NCBI GenBank assembly: GCA_028697015.1
Contig: JAQVFW010000001.1
Location: forward strand, 67,603 to 131,602
Source of the DNA: Minisyncoccota bacterium
Lineage (GTDB): Bacteria; Patescibacteriota; Minisyncoccia; Minisyncoccales; GWA2-38-27
Reading direction: 5' to 3'
Length of the DNA stretch: 64,000 bases
Part shown: positions 56,176 through 64,000 of the stretch, piece after piece
Position numbering within the stretch: position 1 is the first letter of the stretch
Layout of the letters: every line of letters begins with the position of its first letter
Translations under genes and position numbers: made by a program
The notes under the pieces: generated by a model
What the model saw: only the letters and a program-made list of their open reading frames with translations
The model's database searches: none
What the model was told of the DNA's origin: nothing

Positions 56176-57903
56176 TTATTTTTTTGATTTTATCTCTTCT
56201 TCTATTTTTTCAACAAAACTATTTAAGGACATTTCCCCTTTGTTCCCTTCGGTTCTTTTTCTTACGCTTATTGAATTTTCTTTTTTTTCTTTTTCTCCTA
56301 TGACAAGAATATAGGGGATTTTGTTCATCTCCGCTTCTCTTATTTTTTTTGAAATTGTATTGTTTTCAATATCTATTTCAACGCGTATGTCCTTACTTGA
56401 AAGAGCGTCTTTTACCTTCTTTGCATAATCCATACAGGAATCGTTTATTGTTAAAATCTTTACTTGAACAGGGGAGAGCCAAAGAGGAAACGCGCCGCCA
56501 AAATGTTCTATGATTAAAGCAATAAATCTTTCATAGGAACCGAGTATTGCTCTATGAACCATAACAGGAGGGATCTCTTTACCTTTTTCACTGATATAGG
56601 AAAGATTAAATCTTTTTGGAGTGGCAAAATCAATTTGAACTGTTGGGATTTGAATTTCTTTTCCGAGAGCGTCTTTAAACATGAAATCAATTTTTGGACC
56701 GTAAAGAGCTGCTTCTCCTTCTTGTTTTTCTGCTTTTAAATTCATTTCCTTACAAACCTCTCCAAGTATTTTTTCGCATTTTTTCCAATCTTTTTCTTCT
56801 CCTATGTATTTTTCTGGATGTTTATAATCTCTTAATGCAAGATAAACGGAATGATTTCCCCATAGTCCCAAGGAAGAGTAAAAATCTTTTATTATATTTA
56901 CCATAATCTTAATTTCTTCTTTTACTTGTTCTACCATGCAAAAAGAATGGCCGTCTTCAACTGTTATGGCATATACTCTATTTAATCCTGCGACTTCTCC
57001 TGTTTTTTCCGCTCTATATTGTTTTTCGCTTTCCATATATCTTATGGGAAGGTCTCTATAAGAACGAATTCTTGAGGCGTATATTTGAGTTTGATGAGGA
57101 CACTGGACTGGCTTCATAACAAATTTATGTCCTTTTTCAGAAGAGACATGAAAAAGCTCGTCTTTGAATTTTTGTTTATGGCCTGATATTTCGTATAAAT
57201 CAATCTTAGCAAGGTGAGGAGTAATAACTTTCTGAAATCCGTAATTTTTACATATTTTCTCCACTTCTTTCTGAAGCTCTTCTTTAACTATTGTTCCTTT
57301 GGGAGTAAAAAGAGGTAATCCAGGCCCTACAATATCCGAAAAACAAAAAAGATCAAGCTCTTTTCCTAGCTTTCTGTGGTTTCTTTTTTCAGCTTCCTCT
57401 TGCATTTTTATGTGATTTTCCAGTTCTTCTTTCGTTTCAAAAGCAAGTCCGTAAATGCGAGTAAGCATTTTGTTTTTCTCGTTTCCTTTAAAATAAGCAC
57501 CGGCAATTCTTGAAATCTTAAAACTTTCAATGTTTATTTCTTTTGTATTTTTTATATGGGGGCCTTCGCAAAGGTCGGTAAATTTTCCAACGGTAAAAAT
57601 AGAAACGTTTTTTCCTTTTATATCATTAATTATTTCCAGCTTATATTTTTGGCCTTTAAAGAGATCATTAGCTTTCTGTTTTGAAATTACCTCTTTTTTA
57701 AAGGGGATATTTTCCTTTATTATTTTTTCCATTTCCATTTCAATTTCAGAAAGGTCTACTTTCAAAGTGCCAAGATCAAAATCGTAATAGAACCCGTTTT
57801 CTATTGCAGGACCCATTCCAAATTTTACTTTTGGATAGAGATTTTTTACCGCATGCGCCATTATATGCGCAAGGGAATGCCTGATATTTTTAATGTTTGA
57901 CAT
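56176..57903 (-). CDS. thrS: Threonyl-tRNA synthetase lacking the N-terminal TGS domain
   Basis: It starts directly in the editing domain (RHSLAHIMAHAV). It has class II motifs (YRAEKTGEVAGLNRV..., HRAILGSYERF) and is 575 aa long. Confidence 0.95.
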   Translation of the reverse strand: MSNIKNIRHSLAHIMAHAVKNLYPKVKFGMGPAIENGFYYDFDLGTLKVDLSEIEMEMEKIIKENIPFKKEVISKQKANDLFKGQKYKLEIINDIKGKNVSIFTVGKFTDLCEGPHIKNTKEINIESFKISRIAGAYFKGNEKNKMLTRIYGLAFETKEELENHIKMQEEAEKRNHRKLGKELDLFCFSDIVGPGLPLFTPKGTIVKEELQKEVEKICKNYGFQKVITPHLAKIDLYEISGHKQKFKDELFHVSSEKGHKFVMKPVQCPHQTQIYASRIRSYRDLPIRYMESEKQYRAEKTGEVAGLNRVYAITVEDGHSFCMVEQVKEEIKIMVNIIKDFYSSLGLWGNHSVYLALRDYKHPEKYIGEEKDWKKCEKILGEVCKEMNLKAEKQEGEAALYGPKIDFMFKDALGKEIQIPTVQIDFATPKRFNLSYISEKGKEIPPVMVHRAILGSYERFIALIIEHFGGAFPLWLSPVQVKILTINDSCMDYAKKVKDALSSKDIRVEIDIENNTISKKIREAEMNKIPYILVIGEKEKKENSISVRKRTEGNKGEMSLNSFVEKIEEEIKSKK

Positions 57904-57914
57904 GTTTTTTTTAA

Positions 57915-60900
57915 TTATTGGCCTATTATTTCTTGAATTTCGTCCGCTACAACCTGTATTTCTCCGTTCCTGCTGTCTATTTTTCCCAGGACGAATACTA
58001 TTTTATTTTCTTCAATTGCCGCTTTGCTGTTTTCAATAATGGATGGGAAAAGGGTAACATCTATTTTCCCAGTAGGGTCTTCTAGTGTTAGAAACATCAT
58101 TTGCTTTCCGTTTTTAGTGATTATTTTTTTTATCTTTAAAATTATTCCGGCTAGCTTTACTTTTCTATTTATCAAGGAATCGTCTATTTTCGCTATTGAA
58201 AAAGCATTTTTATTAAGGAACTCTTTCATGCTGTCGAGAGGATGAGAAGATATGTAGAGTCCAAGTAATTCTTTTTCCCAAGCAAGCTTTTCTTGGTCTT
58301 TTGCCGGTTCTGAAGGAATAAGGGTAATTTCGCTTTTTAAATTTTGAACTCCAAAAAGGCCGATTTGCCCGTTTGTTTTTGTTTTTGCAGTTTCTCTGGC
58401 CCAAGCAAGGAGGTTTTCTAAATTATACAGTAACTGGTTTCTTTCGGCAAATTTATCGAATGCTCCTGCTTTTATAAGGCTTTCAAATGACTTTTTATTA
58501 AGTTCGCGGGAACTTGTTCTTTCTATAAAATTTCCAATAGATTCGAAAGGGCCGTTCTTTTTTCTTTCTTCCGTTATTATATCTATAATCCCTTCTCCGA
58601 CATTTTTAATTGCCAAAAGGCCAAAAGTTATTTTCTTTTCTTTCGGTATGACGGTGAAGTTTTTTAAGCTTTCGTTGATGTCGGGAGGAAGAACTTCTAT
58701 TCTCATTTTTTTGCACTCGTCTATAAGTATTGCAACTCTTTCCGTATCTGTTTTTTCAGAAGTAAGAAGGGAAGCCATAAATTCAACAGGGTAGTGGGCT
58801 TTAAGATAGGCGGTCTGATAGGCAATCATAGCGTAAGCCGTGCTGTGGCTTTTATTAAAGCCGTAGCTTGCAAAAGGTAAAATCCACTGCCATATTTTTT
58901 CAGCTGTTTTCTTCGGAATATTGTTTTTAACACAGCCGTTAATGAATTTTTCTTCTTGAGCTCCAAGAAGCTCTTTTATTTTTTTACCGACAGCTTTTCT
59001 TAAAACGTCTGCTTCTGAAAGGGAAAATCCCGCAAGTTCCTGGGCAATTTTCATTAATTGCTCTTGATAAACCATTATGCCATAGGTTTTTTCCAAGATG
59101 GGCTTTAATTTTAAGTGAAGATAAGTTATTTCTTCTTCTTTATTTTTTCTTTTTATGTAGGAAGGAATAAGTTCCATCGGGCCTGGACGATAAAGGGCTA
59201 TTAAAACTTCGATGTCCTCAAATCTTGTAGGAGCCATTTCCTTGAGGTATCTTTTCATTCCTCCGCTTTCCAGCTGGAAAATTCCCGTGCTTTCAGCGTT
59301 TCTTAATATCTGGTATGTTTCTTTGTCGTCATCGGGTATTTTTTCAATGTCTATCTTTTCATTTCTTATAACATAAATGCGGGCTAGCGTATCTTCAATA
59401 ATGGTAAGATTTTTTAATCCTAAAAAATCCATTTTAAGCAGGCCTAGTGATTCTACAGAGTGCATTTCATACTGAGTTACTATTGTTTTTTCATTTTGCG
59501 TTGGCCTTTGGAGAGGAACATAATTTGTCAGAGGTTCCGGGGAAATTACTACTCCGCAGGCATGGGTTGAAGCATGTCTTATTACTCCTTCAAGTTTTTT
59601 GGCGATATCTATAAGCCGTTTTGCCTGCTCGTCGCTATTATATATTTCTTTAAACTCATCCACTTTTTTAAGAGCCATCTCAAGATTAAATCCGAAAGGA
59701 ATCATCTTTGCAAGTTTGTCGCAGTAAAAATATGGATATCCCAACACTCTTCCTACGTCCCTTATAACAGCTCTTGCCGCCATGGTTCCAAAAGTGATTA
59801 TTTGGGCGACTTTATCTCTTCCGTATTTTTCCGCGGCATAGTTTATTACCTCGTCTCTTCTTCTGTCTGTAAAATCAAGGTCAATATCGGGAAGCCCTGC
59901 AACTCTTCCCGGATTTAAAAACCTTTCGAAAATAAGACCGTGTTTTATTGGGTCAACATTTGTAATGCCAAGGACATAAGAAACAAGAGAACCGGCGGCA
60001 GAACCTCTTCCTGGGCCTACTACTATTCTTTTACTTTTTGCCCAGTTAACCAGGTCTTGGACAATAAGAAAGTAAGAAGAAAACTTTAATTCTTTTATAA
60101 CGGAAAGTTCGTATTTTAACCGCTGTTTTATTTCATTTGTTATCTCTTCCTTGTAGCGTTTTTTAAGCCCGTTGCAGCATAATTCTTCTAAATATTGCTC
60201 TTCTGTTTTCCCGTTTGGAACTTCAAATTTAGGGAGGCGGGAATTGCCAAGCTCAAATTCAAAATCGCACATATTTTTAATTTTTTCCGTATTTTCAATT
60301 GCCTCGGGAACATCTTTAAACGCCTCTGTCATTTCTTGTGGGGATTTAAGAGAAAAGTCCTCGTTTTTCATCGTGAGGCGCTCGGAATCGTTTATATCCG
60401 CTCCAGTGTTTATAAGCATTAAAATATCTTGGGCTTCGGCGTCTTCTTTTTTTAAATAATGACTATCTGCCGTTGCTACTATTGGAATTTTTGATTCTTT
60501 TGAAAAATCAATCAGAAAATCATTAACTTTTTTTTGTTCCGGAATGTTTGGATGGTGCTGTATTTCCAGGAAAAAATTATCTTTCCCAAATGTTTTTTGC
60601 CATTTTAGCGCCATTTCTTTGGCTTCTTTATGCTTATTTGAAATAATCAGCCGGGCGATTTTTCCCTGAATGCATCCAGATAAAACTATAAGCCCTTCTT
60701 TGTGTTTTTCTAAGAGGTCTTCGTCGATTCTTGGCTTATAATAAAAACCGTCAAGATGAGCTTTTGTAATAAGATTGACTAGGTTTTTATATCCTTCTTT
60801 GTTTTTTACAAGAAGAACTACATGGTATCTTTTATGGTCTATATTCGGCCTTTTCTGCTCCATCTTTTCGTGGGAAAGATAAAGTTCGGCTCCGATTATC

Positions 60901-61082
60901 GGCTTTATTCCTTTCTTTTTTGCTTCCTTGTAAAATTCAACAGCTCCATAAAGAACACCATGGTCAGTAAGGGCAATAGAGTCCATTCCTAATTTTTTGA
61001 CATGGTCTACAAGGTCGCCTATCTTAGATAACCCGTCAAGGAGAGAATAATGGCTGTGGACGTGCAAATGAGTGAATTTCAT
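57915..61082 (-). CDS. dnaE: DNA polymerase III alpha subunit (DnaE type)
   Basis: The PHP domain start MKFTHLHVHSHYSLLDG uses the ATG at 61082. Also seen are GPGRGSAAGSLVSYVLGIT, DIDLDF and a C-terminal OB fold. The 12 upstream codons in the track ORF are probably not translated. Confidence 0.95.
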   Translation of the reverse strand: MKFTHLHVHSHYSLLDGLSKIGDLVDHVKKLGMDSIALTDHGVLYGAVEFYKEAKKKGIKPIIGAELYLSHEKMEQKRPNIDHKRYHVVLLVKNKEGYKNLVNLITKAHLDGFYYKPRIDEDLLEKHKEGLIVLSGCIQGKIARLIISNKHKEAKEMALKWQKTFGKDNFFLEIQHHPNIPEQKKVNDFLIDFSKESKIPIVATADSHYLKKEDAEAQDILMLINTGADINDSERLTMKNEDFSLKSPQEMTEAFKDVPEAIENTEKIKNMCDFEFELGNSRLPKFEVPNGKTEEQYLEELCCNGLKKRYKEEITNEIKQRLKYELSVIKELKFSSYFLIVQDLVNWAKSKRIVVGPGRGSAAGSLVSYVLGITNVDPIKHGLIFERFLNPGRVAGLPDIDLDFTDRRRDEVINYAAEKYGRDKVAQIITFGTMAARAVIRDVGRVLGYPYFYCDKLAKMIPFGFNLEMALKKVDEFKEIYNSDEQAKRLIDIAKKLEGVIRHASTHACGVVISPEPLTNYVPLQRPTQNEKTIVTQYEMHSVESLGLLKMDFLGLKNLTIIEDTLARIYVIRNEKIDIEKIPDDDKETYQILRNAESTGIFQLESGGMKRYLKEMAPTRFEDIEVLIALYRPGPMELIPSYIKRKNKEEEITYLHLKLKPILEKTYGIMVYQEQLMKIAQELAGFSLSEADVLRKAVGKKIKELLGAQEEKFINGCVKNNIPKKTAEKIWQWILPFASYGFNKSHSTAYAMIAYQTAYLKAHYPVEFMASLLTSEKTDTERVAILIDECKKMRIEVLPPDINESLKNFTVIPKEKKITFGLLAIKNVGEGIIDIITEERKKNGPFESIGNFIERTSSRELNKKSFESLIKAGAFDKFAERNQLLYNLENLLAWARETAKTKTNGQIGLFGVQNLKSEITLIPSEPAKDQEKLAWEKELLGLYISSHPLDSMKEFLNKNAFSIAKIDDSLINRKVKLAGIILKIKKIITKNGKQMMFLTLEDPTGKIDVTLFPSIIENSKAAIEENKIVFVLGKIDSRNGEIQVVADEIQEIIGQ

Positions 61083-61148
61083 AGTTATTATTCTACTTTT
61101 AAAGAGGGCTATAGTCAATAACCCGTTCTTATTCTATAATACCCTATT

Positions 61149-61778
61149 ATGAAGTTTTTAGGATTTAGAAAAGAAAAAAGCATTCAAAAAAAGGGATATA
61201 ATTTTATTGCCGGAATTGACGAAGTTGGAAGAGGAGCTTTAGCCGGGCCCGTTTGTGCTTCCGCTGTTTTTATTAAGGATTTTAGAGATATAAAAGGATT
61301 TTTGAGAAATATTAATGATTCAAAAAAAGTTTCCGCTGAAAAAAGAAAAGAGCTTTTTTCCCTTATTACAAAAAGTAAAAGTATTGAGTGGGGGATAGGA
61401 ATATCTTCAAATAAAATAATAGATAAAATTAATATTTTAGAGGCCACCAAAGCGGCAATGAGAAGAGCTCTTTTTTCTCTTAATAATAAGTTAAAGGGAG
61501 AGAAGATTGATTATTTAATTTTAGACGGAAATTTTGAAATAGACGCTGGTATTTTAGAAGAGCCGGTTATAAAAGGAGACGAAAAGATTTTTTCTTGTGC
61601 CGCCGCCTCTATTCTTGCCAAGGTTTATCGCGACAAGATAATGGTTAAATTTTCCAGAAGATATCTTAATTATGGCTTTGATAGAAATAAGGGATACGGT
61701 ACTGATTTTCATATAAGGCAAATCAAAAAATACGGCTTTTCTAAAATTCACAGAGAAAGCTTTAAAATTTCAAAATAA
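61149..61778 (+). CDS. rnhB: Ribonuclease HII
   Basis: IAGIDEVGRGALAGPV, LDGN and SILAKV.RD motifs. Confidence 0.9.
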   Translation: MKFLGFRKEKSIQKKGYNFIAGIDEVGRGALAGPVCASAVFIKDFRDIKGFLRNINDSKKVSAEKRKELFSLITKSKSIEWGIGISSNKIIDKINILEATKAAMRRALFSLNNKLKGEKIDYLILDGNFEIDAGILEEPVIKGDEKIFSCAAASILAKVYRDKIMVKFSRRYLNYGFDRNKGYGTDFHIRQIKKYGFSKIHRESFKISK

Positions 61779-61782
61779 AAAG

Positions 61783-61810
61783 AAGAGCGCTTTTGACGCT
61801 CTTTTTTAAA
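61783..61810. terminator. Bidirectional terminator between convergent rnhB and the phosphoesterase gene
   Basis: AAGAGCG-CTTTTGA-CGCTCTT followed by TTTT and preceded by an A-tract. Confidence 0.6.
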
Positions 61811-61821
61811 AGGAAAGATTT

Positions 61822-62913
61822 TTATGGTAAAGGGTCGAAAGGAACGTTTGAAAAAGTAATTTCCGCTCTTGGAAGGCAGATTACTGCCATGTTTTGGCTT
61901 TGATTTGCATCTCCCGGATTTACAATACGAACTTGCTCTCCTTCTTCATAAAAAGCATCGTTTGTAAAGCCGCAAAGAACAAAGCTTATTTCGGGATATT
62001 TTCTTCGAAGCTCTCTGCATAATTTTTGCATGGCAATTTCCGATTTTTCCAAAAGATCAATGCCTAAATCCAGTTGAACATAGAATTTATAGCCGTTTAT
62101 TTCAACTACCGGATTTTCACGTTCAATCAAATGCCAATTTTCCGGTGGTTTTTCAGTTTTCAGCAATTTTCTGATTTGGTCTTCTCTAAGATTGTAAAAA
62201 ACCTCGAAATTGCAAAGCTCTTTTCTGCCTATATCATTTATCGCTATATTTCCGCAATGAACAATAAATTTCACTCCTCTGTTATTTAGTTCTTTAACTA
62301 ATTTTTCCCAGAAAACGGGATTCATTTCCGATATGTCAAGAGTGTCGGAAATAACCCCGATAGAGAAAGTTTCTTTGATAGGGTTTGTTTTATGAATTCT
62401 GCTAAAAACAACCTGTCCGGTTTTAGTGTCAATAACTGCGAATTCATATCCGTCAATTGTTGTTTCAATAGCGCCCGGGTTAATGAAATTTACAATTCCC
62501 TGTTGGTAAATTTGATGGTGGGTATGCCCCGAAAACAGCCATCTTAAATTGTCGTTTGTTTTTCTTATTTCAGCCAAAATTTTTATCAGCTCTATCTCAG
62601 AATTCATTAAAAAGTCAAAAGACCTTTTATGCCCCAAATATATTCTTTGACCGTTAATATCCAAAATTCTGTTTTTTGGCCTTGTAAAAACCCATTTTTC
62701 GGGAGGATTTTTAAACTCAATTTTGTCTGATTGCTCTTCCAAAAGAGCGCAATAGACCGGCAAATTACCAAAGAGTTCCGGATTTAAGTGTTGAGTTTCA
62801 ATGTCTCCGCAGTGTATTATTAATTCAACGTTTCTTTTTTTAAATTCGGCGACAATATGAGGGATTGCATTCCCTTTATCGCCATGGGTATCTGAAATTA
62901 TTCCCCAAATCAT
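61822..62913 (-). CDS. Tandem-domain metallophosphoesterase (YfcE/MJ0936-like); second domain degenerate
   Basis: Domain 1 has ISDTHGD, HCGDI and SGHTHHQ. Domain 2 has ISDTLDI, HCGNI and CGFTNDA. I chose the ATG at 62913 because AAAGGAGG lies 5 nt upstream. The track start at 62979 adds 22 aa. Confidence 0.75.
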   Translation of the reverse strand: MIWGIISDTHGDKGNAIPHIVAEFKKRNVELIIHCGDIETQHLNPELFGNLPVYCALLEEQSDKIEFKNPPEKWVFTRPKNRILDINGQRIYLGHKRSFDFLMNSEIELIKILAEIRKTNDNLRWLFSGHTHHQIYQQGIVNFINPGAIETTIDGYEFAVIDTKTGQVVFSRIHKTNPIKETFSIGVISDTLDISEMNPVFWEKLVKELNNRGVKFIVHCGNIAINDIGRKELCNFEVFYNLREDQIRKLLKTEKPPENWHLIERENPVVEINGYKFYVQLDLGIDLLEKSEIAMQKLCRELRRKYPEISFVLCGFTNDAFYEEGEQVRIVNPGDANQSQNMAVICLPRAEITFSNVPFDPLP

Positions 62914-62986
62914 ATATCCTCCTTTGTCAAAGAACTTTACTTTCCTTTTAGATATTAATCTGGTGAAAATTTTTGTCAATGATAAT

Positions 62987-63014
62987 TTGACTTTTCTTAG
63001 TAACCTGATATCTT
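62987..63014 (+). promoter_or_regulatory. Possible promoter of the tRNA-Ala-like gene
   Basis: TTGACT, a 16-nt spacer, then TATCTT, about 30 nt upstream of 63047. The -10 box is weak. Confidence 0.3.
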
Positions 63015-63046
63015 TAAGGGCAGTTCTTTTTTTGAATGTATCAAGT

Positions 63047-63158
63047 GGGGCCGTAGCTCAATCAGGGAGAGCGCCTTTTCTTATGGACACTTTTCCGGCA
63101 ACCATGGTGCCGTCGTCCTTAAGGGGGGAAGTTGATGGTTCAAATCCATCCGGCTCCA
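63047..63158 (+). tRNA. tRNA-Ala-like gene (G3:U70) with ~40 extra nt forming stacked hairpins in place of a normal anticodon arm
   Basis: The 5' part is GGGGCCG-TA-GCTC-AATCAGGGA-GAGC-G. The 3' part is GATGG-TTCAAAT-CCATC-CGGCTCC-A. Between them, 60 nt lie where about 22 nt are expected. See the findings for the fold. Confidence 0.6.
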
Positions 63159-63240
63159 CTTTTTTTATTTTCTTTTTTTTTTATAATATAGGGGCGTTTT
63201 AGTCAAAGCGCATTAAGATTTTAAATTAAATAAAAATTAT

Positions 63241-63675
63241 ATGAATAAAAAATTAATTATATCTTTTGTTGTTGTTTTTTTTGTAATAATAGGAGGTTTT
63301 TTCTTTTTTAGCGGGAATAATTTAGAAGTTAATAATACTGAAAACAGTATTGAGCAGGAAAACTTAGAGAATTTTCCAGTTAAAGAATTCTCAATAGAAT
63401 CTTACAGCGAGATTATTGATGGGAATTTTTCACCTCGATTTTCATTAAGCGAAATCAATGTTCAGAAAGGCGATCTGGTAAGAATTAAAATCATGACGAC
63501 GAGCGGAATGCATGATTTCAAGATTGACGAATTTAATGTTTTTTCCGAGACTCCGGTAAATCAGGAAGTCGTTGTTGAATTTATTGCCGACAAAGCGGGG
63601 GAGTTTGTCTATTATTGCAGCAAGCCGATGCACAGAGATCTTGGTCAATGGGGATTGTTGAGAATTTCTGAATAA
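63241..63675 (+). CDS. Membrane-anchored cupredoxin-domain (type-1 copper-like) protein
   Basis: An N-terminal TM anchor. The ligand pattern is His in GMHDFKIDEF, then YYCSKPMHRDLGQWG (Cys, His, with Gln where the Met axial ligand usually sits). Confidence 0.7.
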   Translation: MNKKLIISFVVVFFVIIGGFFFFSGNNLEVNNTENSIEQENLENFPVKEFSIESYSEIIDGNFSPRFSLSEINVQKGDLVRIKIMTTSGMHDFKIDEFNVFSETPVNQEVVVEFIADKAGEFVYYCSKPMHRDLGQWGLLRISE

Positions 63676-63676
63676 A

Positions 63677-64000
63677 ATGGCAGAAGAGATTCAATTATCA
63701 GTTTTGTTTTATAATTTAGGCAGGTGGTCCGGGATTATAGGATTCACCTGTCTTTCTCTTCTTATTTTTTCAGGAGATACCGCAAGATTTTTCGACAGGT
63801 TTTTAGGTCTTGATAGAATTATAAAGTTTCAGAGAAAATTTTCTCTTTTTACAGCTTTTTTCGTTTTTTTACATCCTATATTTTTTATAATTTCAAATCG
63901 GACTTTTGCAAGATATCTGATTCCTGATTTTGCCATTTTTCCTCTTGCTCTTGGAGCAGTATCTTTATATATTTTTATTGTCGTTCTTATTTCTTCTTTA
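63677..64000 (+). CDS. Ferric-reductase-like transmembrane domain protein (MsrQ/YedZ-like), 3' end beyond window
   Basis: The frame is open from the ATG at 63677 to the window edge, so it is absent from the ORF track. My translation is MAEEIQLSVLFYNLGRWSGIIGFTCLSLLIFSGDTARFFDRFLGLDRIIKFQRKFSLFTAFFVFLHPIFF..., which has successive TM helices and a conserved His. Confidence 0.55.
   Translation, partial: MAEEIQLSVLFYNLGRWSGIIGFTCLSLLIFSGDTARFFDRFLGLDRIIKFQRKFSLFTAFFVFLHPIFFIISNRTFARYLIPDFAIFPLALGAVSLYIFIVVLISSL

Noticed and set aside
63047-63158. tmRNA (ssrA) as the explanation for the G3:U70 tRNA-like gene.
   Set aside because: It is only 112 nt, has a complete D arm, and has no pseudoknots or tag-peptide reading frame, whereas bacterial tmRNAs are several-fold longer. 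A group I intron is also rejected on size, and a canonical archaeal BHB intron is rejected because the bulges are not 3 nt/3 nt around the 4-bp helix.
62924-63202. Track ORFs spanning tRNA genes (62924-63202 over the tRNA-Ala-like gene, 42252-42491 over tRNA-Asp, 1484-1810 over tRNA-Pro).
   Set aside because: The tRNA cloverleaf elements explain the sequence, and the translations have no protein-like features.
1-64000. Alternative genetic code (UGA recoding, as in Gracilibacteria/Absconditabacteria).
   Set aside because: All conserved genes are full length under the standard code. TGA is used as a genuine stop, for example in rplC (8614-16, within the ATGA overlap with rplD), metK (19824-26) and frr (35818-20).
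1-64000. CRISPR arrays, transposases, integrases, prophage or defence islands.
   Set aside because: I found no regularly spaced direct repeats and no recognisable mobile-element or defence genes. Every large ORF is housekeeping or an unassigned membrane or soluble protein in operons with housekeeping genes.

Overview
AT-rich, very gene-dense bacterial window. I call 79 protein-coding genes, 3 canonical tRNAs and 2 aberrant tRNA-like genes. I saw no rRNA, CRISPR array, transposase, integrase or prophage genes. The core is a long str-S10-spc-alpha ribosomal super-operon (rpsL-rpsG-fusA-tuf-rpsJ ... rplO-secY-adk-metK-map, then infA-rpmJ-rpsM-rpsK-rpsD-rpoA-rplQ-rplM-rpsI). It is followed by housekeeping genes: murA, two mreB paralogs, holB, frr, rseP, proS, gatCA, gyrB, secE-nusG-rplK, a dCMP deaminase fusion, thyA, deoC, gatB, miaA/miaB, thrS, dnaE and rnhB. 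Several traits point, by inference only, to a reduced-genome CPR/Patescibacteria (Parcubacteria-like) organism using the standard code. There is no rpmD between rpsE and rplO, and no rplA/rplJ/rplL after rplK. AlaRS, ProRS and ThrRS are domain-reduced, r-proteins carry Lys/Glu-rich extensions, and gene overlaps are tight. No clear defence or mobile system is visible. The most unusual items are: (1) a tRNA-Ala-like gene (G3:U70) whose anticodon arm is replaced or interrupted by a ~40-nt stacked-hairpin insertion (63047-63158); (2) an initiator-like tRNA(CAU) with a non-canonical T-loop, D-loop and C33 (41489-41559); (3) two large uncharacterised genes packed between thrS and miaB (52888-56175); (4) a 147-nt imperfect palindrome upstream of rpmJ and an SD-sequestering hairpin between rplB and rpsS; (5) a cupredoxin with a Gln axial ligand next to a ferric-reductase-like membrane protein at the right edge. 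All functional calls come from motif and family recognition by eye; no searches were run.
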